64,000 nucleotides of DNA from Armatimonadota bacterium (GTDB lineage Bacteria; Armatimonadota; SYMT01), in assembly GCA_041690135.1 (NCBI GenBank), contig JAWLHY010000006.1, positions 230,337 through 294,336 on the forward strand. Direction: 5' to 3'. Each line of letters starts with the position of its first letter. The stretch's first letter is position 1. Under the pieces are notes generated by a model. The model saw nothing but the letters and a program-made list of their open reading frames with translations, did not search any database and was not told where the DNA came from. This document shows, in pieces, positions 56,239 through 64,000 of the stretch. The position numbers and the translations under genes are program-made.

Positions 56239-56527
56239 ACTGGATCTCTGCAGCTTGCTCTACTTCCTCGCGAAAGTGCCGGCTGAGCTCCCGTGGCGTG
56301 CGGAGGTCGACTCGCCGGCCGAAGAGTTCGGATAGCTCCTCTTCCATTTTGGCCATCGCCAGCAATCCGGCCCGTACGTCGGGTTCGAACTCAACGAGGA
56401 CATCCACATCGCTCTCCGGAGTGAAGTCGCTTCGCAGAACTGAGCCGAAGAGTGACAGTTTGCGAATCCCGTTTCGCCGACAAAACTCTGCAATCCGGTT
56501 TCGGTCTACTGTCACTCTCGCGTCCAT
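56228..56527 (-). CDS. MntA-like minimal nucleotidyltransferase antitoxin
   Basis: LFGSVLRSDFTPESDVDVLVEF (GS-X10-DXD), GRRVDL. Overlaps the HEPN gene. Confidence 0.93.
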   Translation of the reverse strand: MDARVTVDRNRIAEFCRRNGIRKLSLFGSVLRSDFTPESDVDVLVEFEPDVRAGLLAMAKMEEELSELFGRRVDLRTPRELSRHFREEVEQAAEIQYAA

Positions 56528-56536
56528 GGATCTAGC

Positions 56537-59500
56537 TTACCGCTTTCCCTTGCAGTACTCGTCGATGGTGAGGCAGTGGGGGCGCATGTCTTCACCGCCG
56601 CCGTTGGCGCGGGCGGAGAGGGCTTCGAGCAGGGCGCCTACCGTGTCCAGGCTGGTGAGACAGGGCACGCCGTTCTCCACCGCCGCCCGGCGCAGGAGGA
56701 TCGCTTCCTGCTCGGACTTCTTGTTGCGGGAGACGGTGTTGATCAGCAGGTTGACCTTTCCTTCCTGGATCAGGGAGATGAGGGTGCGCCCGCCTTCGTG
56801 GATCTTATTCGCCTGCTCGGCATCGATGCCGTTCTGCTGGAGGTACTTCGCCGTGCCGGCCGTGGCATAGATCTTGTAACCCATCTGCGCGTAGCCCCGC
56901 AACATGGGCAGGGCTTCCAGCTTGTCCGGGTCCGCAATGGTCGCGATGATGGCGCCGTGCGTCGGCACATCGACCCCGCTGGCGATCATCGCCTTGTAGA
57001 GGGCGCGCGGGTAATCGAGGTCGGTGCCCATGATCTCGCCGGTGGACTTCATCTCGGGGCCGAGGCTCACATCGACCTTGGTAAGCTTGGCGAAGCTGAA
57101 GACGGGCGCCTTCACCGAAACGTGATGGGCGGGCCGCTCCGCGCCGCCGGCGTAGAGGCCGGAGGTGTAGCCCAGGTCCTTCAGCCGGTCGCCCAACATA
57201 CAACGGGTGGCGAGATGCACCATCGGGACGCCCGTGATCTTGGAAAGGTAGGGAACCGTGCGGCTGGAGCGCGGGTTCACTTCGAGGATGTAGACCTCCT
57301 CGCCCTCGACCACGAACTGGATGTTCATCAGGCCAACGACTTTGAGCGCCCGCGCCACGCGGATGGCGTAGTCGCACATCTTGTCCTGGACGACCTGCGA
57401 CAGAGACTGCGGCGGAAACACCGCCATCGAGTCGCCGCTGTGGACGCCGGCCCGCTCGATATGCTCCATGATGCCGGGGATGAGACAGTCCACGCCATCG
57501 GAGATGACGTCGACTTCCGCTTCCTTACCCAGGACATACTTGTCGACCAGGATGGGCGCGTCCGGGCTCACTTCCACCACATACCGCATGTAGTTGAGCA
57601 GTGCTTCACGAGTGTGGATGATCTCCATCGCCCGGCCGCCCAGCACGTAGGACGGGCGGACCAGCACCGGATAGCCGATCTCATCCGCTACCTCGACGGC
57701 CGCCTCAATGGAGCGGACCGCGCGTCCCGGAGGCTTGGGAATGCCCAGGTCGCTAAGCATCTGCTCGAAGAGGTCCCGATCTTCCGCGGCATCGATCCCC
57801 TCGACCGTGGTCCCGAGGATCGGCACGCCGGCCTCCTTCAACGGCTTCGCCAGGTTGATGGCCGTTTGCCCGCCGAACTGGACGATCACCCCTTCCGGCT
57901 TCTCCTCGGCCACGATCGCCAGCACGTTCTCCAGGGTTAGCGGCTCGAAGTAGAGGCGGTCGGAGGTATCGAAGTCGGTGGAGACCGTTTCCGGATTGTT
58001 GTTGATGACGATCGATTCGTAGCCGGCCTCGCGGAGCGCCCACACGCCATGCACGGTACAGTAGTCGAATTCGATCCCCTGTCCGATCCGGATCGGCCCG
58101 GAGCCGATCACGATAGCCTTCTTCTTAGGGGCTAGGGGCTGGGGGTCGGGGGTCGGGGTGGTCGGGGAAGCGGGGGAATTGACAATTGTCAATTGGGCAT
58201 CTGCTTCTGACCCCTGGCCCCTGGCCCCTGGCCCCTCACCGCCATCAGCAGCTTCGTCTTCGGTTTCGTAGGTGCTGTAGAAGTAGGGGGTGGCAGCCTC
58301 GAATTCGGCGGCGCAGGTGTCCACCATCTTGTAGACGGGCTTGATGCCGTTCGCCCAGCGCAGGTCACGGATTTCCTTCTCCGTCACCCCGCACTTCTCG
58401 GCCAGCGTTCGGTCACTGATGCCGCAGCGCTTGGCGGCCGCCAGATCCGCCAGGAACTGCGGATCGGCGGACGGCTGCCGCCCCTCGAAGCTGTCTTCGA
58501 GGCGGACCAGCTCGCGCACCTTCCAGAGGAACCAGGGGTCGACGTGGGTAAGCGACTGGACCTCTTTGATTTCCCACCCGCGCCGGAAAGCCTCGGCGAT
58601 GGCGAAGAGACGCTCGTCCGTCGCCTTGCGGAGACCGACCTCGAGCTCCATCTCGCTCCAGCCATGGGTATTCCGCGCGGAAAGGCCGTGGACCCCCACT
58701 TCGAGCGAGCGGATTGCCTTCAACAGTGCGGACTCGAAGGTGCGCCCGATGGACATCACCTCGCCGGTGGCCTTCATCTGGGTGCCGATGGTCCGGTCCG
58801 CGGTCACGAACTTGTCGAAGGGCCAGCGTGGGATCTTAACGACGCAGTAATCGAGCGCCGGTTCGAAGCAGGCCAGCGTCTTGCGGGTCACTTCGTTCCG
58901 GATCTCGTCCAGCCGAAGCCCGATACAAATCTTGGCGGAAACGCGTGCGATCGGGTAACCCGTCGCCTTGGAAGCCAGCGCGGAGGAGCGGCTGACCCGC
59001 GGGTTCACCTCGATCACGTAGTACTGGAAGCTCTTCGGGTCGAGGGCGAGCTGGACGTTGCAGCCCCCTTCGATCCCCAGCGCGCGGATGATCTTGAGGG
59101 AGGCGGACCGGAGCATCTGGTACTCCTTGTCCGACAGCGTCTGGCTCGGCGCCACCACGATGGAGTCCCCAGTATGAACGCCCATCGGGTCGAAATTCTC
59201 CATGTTACAGATGGTGATACAGGTATCCGCGCCGTCGCGCATCACCTCGTATTCCACCTCTTTCCAGCCGGCGAGATACCGCTCCACCAGGATCTGGTGC
59301 CGCATGGAGAGTTTCAGGCCCAGCGCGCCAATCTCCATCAACTCATTCCGGTCCTGGGCGATTCCGCCGCCGGTCCCACCCAGCGTGTAGGCCGGACGCA
59401 CGATCAGCGGCCACGGCAGATCGTCCTGGCCGGCCAGCTCACGGAGCTGTTCCATGCTCTCGATGATCCAGCTCTCCGGCACCGGCTCGCCGATGCGGCG

Positions 59501-59908
59501 CATGAGGGAGCGGAACTCCTCGCGGTCCTCGGCCATCCGGATCGAAGGAAGAGGCGTGCCCAGCAGTTCGACGTCGTACTTCTCCAGCACGCCCGCCGCG
59601 GCCAGCTTGGTGGCCAGGTTCAGACCCATCTGTCCGCCCAGGCCCGGCGCGAGGCCGTCCGGACGCTCGCGGGCGATGACCTTCTCCGCGAACTCGACCG
59701 TGAGCGGCTCGATGTAAACCCGGTCCGCCATCTCCGTATCGGTCATGATGGTGGCGGGGTTGGAGTTAATGAGGACGACCTCACACCCTTCCTCGCGTAA
59801 GGACTGGCAAGCCTGGGTGCCCGCGTAGTCGAACTCTGCGGCCTGGCCGATGATGATCGGCCCGGAGCCGATGACCATTACTTTCTTGATGTGCGGTTTC
59901 TTTGGCAT
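56537..59908 (-). CDS. carB: Carbamoyl-phosphate synthase large subunit
   Basis: [26 protein letters not shown], a second CPSase half, and an MGS domain. Confidence 0.98.
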   Translation of the reverse strand: MPKKPHIKKVMVIGSGPIIIGQAAEFDYAGTQACQSLREEGCEVVLINSNPATIMTDTEMADRVYIEPLTVEFAEKVIARERPDGLAPGLGGQMGLNLATKLAAAGVLEKYDVELLGTPLPSIRMAEDREEFRSLMRRIGEPVPESWIIESMEQLRELAGQDDLPWPLIVRPAYTLGGTGGGIAQDRNELMEIGALGLKLSMRHQILVERYLAGWKEVEYEVMRDGADTCITICNMENFDPMGVHTGDSIVVAPSQTLSDKEYQMLRSASLKIIRALGIEGGCNVQLALDPKSFQYYVIEVNPRVSRSSALASKATGYPIARVSAKICIGLRLDEIRNEVTRKTLACFEPALDYCVVKIPRWPFDKFVTADRTIGTQMKATGEVMSIGRTFESALLKAIRSLEVGVHGLSARNTHGWSEMELEVGLRKATDERLFAIAEAFRRGWEIKEVQSLTHVDPWFLWKVRELVRLEDSFEGRQPSADPQFLADLAAAKRCGISDRTLAEKCGVTEKEIRDLRWANGIKPVYKMVDTCAAEFEAATPYFYSTYETEDEAADGGEGPGARGQGSEADAQLTIVNSPASPTTPTPDPQPLAPKKKAIVIGSGPIRIGQGIEFDYCTVHGVWALREAGYESIVINNNPETVSTDFDTSDRLYFEPLTLENVLAIVAEEKPEGVIVQFGGQTAINLAKPLKEAGVPILGTTVEGIDAAEDRDLFEQMLSDLGIPKPPGRAVRSIEAAVEVADEIGYPVLVRPSYVLGGRAMEIIHTREALLNYMRYVVEVSPDAPILVDKYVLGKEAEVDVISDGVDCLIPGIMEHIERAGVHSGDSMAVFPPQSLSQVVQDKMCDYAIRVARALKVVGLMNIQFVVEGEEVYILEVNPRSSRTVPYLSKITGVPMVHLATRCMLGDRLKDLGYTSGLYAGGAERPAHHVSVKAPVFSFAKLTKVDVSLGPEMKSTGEIMGTDLDYPRALYKAMIASGVDVPTHGAIIATIADPDKLEALPMLRGYAQMGYKIYATAGTAKYLQQNGIDAEQANKIHEGGRTLISLIQEGKVNLLINTVSRNKKSEQEAILLRRAAVENGVPCLTSLDTVGALLEALSARANGGGEDMRPHCLTIDEYCKGKR
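58126..58238. repeat. Heptamer-repeat palindromic element inserted in frame in carB
   Basis: taggggc-taggggc-tgggggt-cgggggt, then the perfect 18-bp palindrome AATTGACAATTGTCAATT (58177-58194), then gacccct-ggcccct x3. Confidence 0.85.
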
Positions 59909-59924
59909 ACGTCCTGCTATCGTC

Positions 59925-60527
59925 CTACAACAAACCGAACCGGATCAGGGGCCAGGTTACCAGGAACCCCCGTCCAACGAAATTCTCCCGGAAGGCCGCG
60001 CCCCACTCGTGACTGTCCCGGCTGAAGTTCCGGTTGTCACCCAGCACCCAGTACTCCCGAGCCTCTAGCTTCAGCGGCTTCGTGGTGTAAAGCATCGGCT
60101 GCCCTTCCTCGATGTACGGCTCCGGGAGCACCTTGCCGTCGATGAACAACTTTCCGTCGCGCACCTCGATCGTATCGCCGGGAAGACCAACCACCCGCTT
60201 CACCAGGAAGGGCCCGTTGCCATCTTCCGGCGTGGGATTGCGCAGCACCCAGATCTCTCCACGGCGCGGACCCACCCGAGGCGCGATGAGTATGTCCGCC
60301 CGGAAGCGGTCCCCCTCCTGCAGTCGCGGGAACATCGAACTCGATGGCACGAAGTACGGCTGCGTCCCCGTGAAGTAAATGGAGAGCGCAAGGCCCGCCA
60401 CCAGGATCAACAGAAACTTTTGCCACCCCGGAACCGCGGCCCAACCGGTCTTCCGGTTGCCGCGCGGCGCGTATGGATCGCGTGCTTCCAACTCCGGATC
60501 GTCCGGCCGGCGCCACGCCTCGCTCAA
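59925..60527 (-). CDS. lepB: Signal peptidase I
   Basis: [33 protein letters not shown], one TM segment. Confidence 0.93.
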   Translation of the reverse strand: MSEAWRRPDDPELEARDPYAPRGNRKTGWAAVPGWQKFLLILVAGLALSIYFTGTQPYFVPSSSMFPRLQEGDRFRADILIAPRVGPRRGEIWVLRNPTPEDGNGPFLVKRVVGLPGDTIEVRDGKLFIDGKVLPEPYIEEGQPMLYTTKPLKLEAREYWVLGDNRNFSRDSHEWGAAFRENFVGRGFLVTWPLIRFGLL

Positions 60528-60743
60528 CCGCTCCGGCGCCCGCTCGCGCAGGCTCTCCCCGGAACGGGACCGGGATCGCGAGGATCTCTCGCCCCGATGA
60601 GAAGGCTCGCTGCCGTGCGAGCGGCTGCTCCCCTGGGAGCGACCGTGGCCATGCGATCTCCCACTGCGGTGAGACCGGCCGCTGCCCCGTGACCCCTCTC
60701 GGGAGTCGCCTTCGCGATGCCTCGGCTTTTCCGGGTCCAGGGT

Positions 60744-61838
60744 TTAGCTCTCCTCCATCGCTTCGATGAAGCGGTTGAACAGATAGGCGCTGTCGCGCGG
60801 GCCGGGGTTCGCTTCCGGATGGTACTGAATGGTGAATACCGGCAGCTCCCGGTGGCGCAGCCCCTCGACCGTTCCGTCGTTCAGGTTTACGTGGCTGACC
60901 TCCAACCCGCTCTTCTCCAGCCCCTCCGGATTGACGGCATAGCCGTGATTCTGGCTGGTGATATAGACGCGGTCCGTGGCCAGTTCCTTGACCGGGTGGT
61001 TGCCGCCCCGGTGTCCGAACGGCAGCTTGAAGGTCCCCGCACCGAACGCCTTTCCCACGATCTGGTTGCCCAGGCAAATCCCGAAGACCGGCCGGCCGCT
61101 GTGGATGAGGGTGCGGGCCGTGTCCACCACCCCGCCCAGGCGGTCCGGGTCGCCGGGACCGGGCGAGAAGGCGATGCCGTCGGGATTTCGCTCCAGGATC
61201 TCCTCGGCACGCGTAGTGCAGGGGAAGACGGTGGTACGCACCCCGCACTCGCCGAGCGCGCGCAGGATGTTGTACTTCACGCCGCAGTCGACCAGGCTCA
61301 CCTCCAGCACGCGGCCATCGGGGCGGGTCGCCGTGGGCTCCCACACGTAGGGTTCCGCCGTGGTCACCTTCTGCACGTAACTGATACTGCTGTAGTGCGG
61401 GCTCTCGCGCAGGCGCTGCAGGGCCGCTTCCGGCTCCAGCTCCGAGGAGATGAGCCCCATCATCACGCCCTGGACGCGCAGCCGACGGGTGAGGGCACGG
61501 GTGTCGATCCCCTGGATCCCCACGACGCCCTGGCGCGTGAGGAACGACTGTAGATCCTCCCCGCTGCGCCAGTTGCTGGGCGCCTCACAAAGCTGTTTGA
61601 TGATGAACCCGGAGGCCTGAATGCCCCGCGACTCGAAGTCCGCTTCCGTGACCCCATAGTTGCCGATGAGGGGATAGGTGAGGGTGAGGAGCTGCCCCGC
61701 GTACGAAGGGTCGCTCAACATCTCCTGGTAACCGGTCATGGAGGTGCTGAACACCACCTCGCCGGCTACCGTCCCCGGAGCTCCGATGGCCTGGCCTTCG
61801 AATACCGAGCCGTCTTCCAGAACCAGTAAACTACGCAT
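60744..61838 (-). CDS. carA: Carbamoyl-phosphate synthase small subunit
   Basis: LVLEDGS, SPGPGDP, FGICLG, FGHRGGNHP, QYHPEA. Confidence 0.97.
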   Translation of the reverse strand: MRSLLVLEDGSVFEGQAIGAPGTVAGEVVFSTSMTGYQEMLSDPSYAGQLLTLTYPLIGNYGVTEADFESRGIQASGFIIKQLCEAPSNWRSGEDLQSFLTRQGVVGIQGIDTRALTRRLRVQGVMMGLISSELEPEAALQRLRESPHYSSISYVQKVTTAEPYVWEPTATRPDGRVLEVSLVDCGVKYNILRALGECGVRTTVFPCTTRAEEILERNPDGIAFSPGPGDPDRLGGVVDTARTLIHSGRPVFGICLGNQIVGKAFGAGTFKLPFGHRGGNHPVKELATDRVYITSQNHGYAVNPEGLEKSGLEVSHVNLNDGTVEGLRHRELPVFTIQYHPEANPGPRDSAYLFNRFIEAMEES

Positions 61839-63156
61839 CCAGTACGATCCCATCCCGCATCAAAACCCGGCCACCGGAAACGGTGGCGCAGGCGGCACCC
61901 TTCAATTCCCAACCCGCGAACGGCGTGTTCTTGCTCCGGCTGTAGAGCTTCTCCGGCTCCACCACGTACTCGCGGTCCAGGTCGAGGACCGTGACGTCGC
62001 CGGGCGCCCCCACCTGGAGCGTGCCCAGCAGCGGATGTACCCCCGCCGGCAGCCGGTAGCCATCGCCCTTCAGCACCGCCGCGGGGTGCGTCGAGAGCTT
62101 CGCAACCGCCTCCGACAGCGACACGACCCCCGGCCGGACCAGCTTATCCAGCGTGAGCGGCACCGCCGTTTCCAGCCCGACCATTCCGAACATCGCCAGG
62201 TCGAACTCGCATTCCTTCTCGTTCACCGCGTGCGGGGCGTGATCGGTGGCGATGCAATCGATCGTCCCGTCGGCCAGCCCCTCCAGCACGGCGGCCACGT
62301 CGTCCGCGCTGCGCAGCGGCGGATTCACCTTGGCCTGCGTGTTGTAGTTGAGGCAGGCCTCGTCCGTGAGGCAGAAGTGGTGGGGACACCCCTCCGCCGT
62401 GACCGGCAGCCCCTGCGCCTTCGCCCGGCGGACCAGATCCACCGACACCCGCGTGGAAACGTGGAGGATGTGCAGCCGGACCCCGGTGAGACGGCAAAGC
62501 TCGATATTCCGCGCCACATGGACATCTTCGGCCGCATTGGGGATTCCGCGGATGCCGAGGAGGGTGGAGACCGGCCCCTCGTTCATGTGGCCGCCTTCCG
62601 CCAGGGATTTGTCCTCGCAGTGGAGGGCCACCCCCCGGTGGAGCATCCGGGCGTACTCCATCGCCCGCCGCATCACCTCGGTGTCCTGGATCGGGAAGGC
62701 GTCATCCGAGAAGAGCGCGGCGCCGGCATCCGCCAGGCGGCCCATCTCGGCCAGCTCCTTGCCGGCATTCGCCTTCGTCATCGCGGCGAGCACGTGAACC
62801 TTCACGCCGACCGCGGCTTCCGTCTTGTCCTGGATCAGCCGCACGACGGAGGGATCGTCGATGGCCGGATCGGTGTTCGGCATGCAGCAGGCGTGTACGA
62901 ACCCACCCGCGGCGGCCGATTTCGCCCCGGTGGCGATCGTTTCCTTATACTCCTGTCCCGGTTCCCGCATGTGCACGTGCAGGTCGATGAAGCCGGGGCA
63001 GACGACGCGGTCCGACGCATCGAGGGTTTCGTGGTTGCCCGCCGCCAGGCCGCGCTCGACGGCGACGACGTGGCCCGCCTCGATGAGCACGTCGGCTTCG
63101 CGGTCCAGGTTTTGCGACGGGTCGATCACCCGCCCGTTTTTGATCAGAAGTCCCAT
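61831..63156 (-). CDS. pyrC: Dihydroorotase (type I)
   Basis: DLHVHMREPG, MPNT, HCED, KVNPPLR, ATDHAPH, SKNTPF. Confidence 0.96.
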   Translation of the reverse strand: MGLLIKNGRVIDPSQNLDREADVLIEAGHVVAVERGLAAGNHETLDASDRVVCPGFIDLHVHMREPGQEYKETIATGAKSAAAGGFVHACCMPNTDPAIDDPSVVRLIQDKTEAAVGVKVHVLAAMTKANAGKELAEMGRLADAGAALFSDDAFPIQDTEVMRRAMEYARMLHRGVALHCEDKSLAEGGHMNEGPVSTLLGIRGIPNAAEDVHVARNIELCRLTGVRLHILHVSTRVSVDLVRRAKAQGLPVTAEGCPHHFCLTDEACLNYNTQAKVNPPLRSADDVAAVLEGLADGTIDCIATDHAPHAVNEKECEFDLAMFGMVGLETAVPLTLDKLVRPGVVSLSEAVAKLSTHPAAVLKGDGYRLPAGVHPLLGTLQVGAPGDVTVLDLDREYVVEPEKLYSRSKNTPFAGWELKGAACATVSGGRVLMRDGIVLDA

Positions 63157-63177
63157 TGTTTTGGATTAGGACAAGCG

Positions 63178-63209
63178 AAGATAAAGATAAGGATAAAGAC
63201 AAAGACCAA
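63178..63209. repeat. Short hexamer tandem repeat between pyrB and pyrC
   Basis: gataaa-gataag-gataaa-gacaaa-gaccaa. Confidence 0.6.
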
Positions 63210-63215
63210 CCAGGG

Positions 63216-64000
63216 CTACCCCGTCTGCCCCCCAAGTAGCAGGTAAAGGAGGGCCATGCGGACGGCTACGCCGTTGGTTACCTGGGCGGTGATGACGCTG
63301 TAGCCGGCATCGGCCACTTCCGGATTGATTTCGACGCCGCGGTTCATGGGACCGGGGTGCATGACGGTGACGTTGTCGGCGGCGCGCTCCAGGCGGCGGG
63401 GGTTGACGCCGAACCGCTCGCTGTACTCGCGCAGGGTGGGAAAGAGGCCGCGCTCCTGGCGCTCGAGTTGGATGCGGAGCACGTTGACCACATCTACCCC
63501 CTCGATCGCGTCGTCGAGGTCTTCGTAGACCCGCGCGCCGAGCCGTTCGATGCCGTGCGGGATGAGGGTGGATGGTCCGCAGAGGCGCACCTCGGCGCCG
63601 AGCTTGAGGAGGCCCCAGATGTTGGAGCGCGCCACCCGGCTGTGCGCGATATCGCCGACGATGAGGACTTTGAGCCCCTCGATGCTGCCCCGGGTTTCCT
63701 GCAGCGTGAAGAGGTCCAGCAGGCCCTGGGTGGGATGCTCGTGGGTGCCGTCGCCGGCGTTGATGACCGGAATGCCGACCGTCCGCGCCACGAAGTCCGG
63801 CGCGCCGCTCCGGGGGTGGCGGATGACGATCATGTCCATCCCCATCGCTTCCAGGGTGAGGGCCGTGTCCTTCAGGGACTCCCCCTTGGCCACGCTGCTG
63901 GAGCTGGCGGAGATGTTGACCGCATCGGCCGACATCATCTTCGCGGCGAGCTCGAAGGAGGCGCGGGTGCGAGTGGAGTTCTCATAGAAGAGGGTGACCA
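63216..64000 (-). CDS. pyrB: Aspartate carbamoyltransferase catalytic subunit (5' end beyond the window)
   Basis: [48 protein letters not shown]. Confidence 0.97.
   Translation of the reverse strand, partial: VTLFYENSTRTRASFELAAKMMSADAVNISASSSSVAKGESLKDTALTLEAMGMDMIVIRHPRSGAPDFVARTVGIPVINAGDGTHEHPTQGLLDLFTLQETRGSIEGLKVLIVGDIAHSRVARSNIWGLLKLGAEVRLCGPSTLIPHGIERLGARVYEDLDDAIEGVDVVNVLRIQLERQERGLFPTLREYSERFGVNPRRLERAADNVTVMHPGPMNRGVEINPEVADAGYSVITAQVTNGVAVRMALLYLLLGGQTG

Noticed and set aside
1042-63987. Many long antisense or alternate-frame ORFs (e.g. 1042-2169, 8200-9597, 51066-52514, 56576-57940, 61738-63246)
   Set aside because: Shadow ORFs expected in high-GC DNA opposite well-supported genes; no motifs.
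1-64000. CRISPR array, prophage, integrase or autonomous transposase
   Set aside because: No regularly spaced repeat-spacer units and no cas, phage or transposase motifs seen. No island is evident next to tRNA-Glu within the window.

Overview
GC-rich bacterial chromosome segment, probably Armatimonadota (inferred from the style of the DUF1559/N-methyl-pilin gene together with Terrabacteria-type hemQ and stressosome genes). It is mostly housekeeping and secreted-enzyme genes: tRNA-Glu, pstS and phoU, several peptidases, radC, comEA, hemQ, rph-rdgB, a SorE-like dehydrogenase with srlD, a MoxR/DUF58/DUF4350/DUF4129 operon, an RsbR-S-T stressosome operon with two hybrid kinases, larB-larC, an MntA-HepT toxin-antitoxin pair and pyrB-pyrC-carA-lepB-carB. 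The main finding is a hidden selenoprotein. Two ORF-track fragments (50928-52100 and 50607-50900, minus strand) are one 497-aa lipoprotein with an in-frame TGA at the catalytic position of a TlpA-type W-U-G-P-C motif. A SECIS-like hairpin follows the TGA, and the gene start overlaps the larC stop. Other findings: two adjacent MITE-like elements at a stop codon, heptamer-repeat elements inserted in frame into carB and larC, an internally deleted Rpn-like gene that keeps its C-terminal module, and a MEMO/AmrB protein with an RRE-like N-terminus. All family calls come from motif recognition by eye; no database searches were run.
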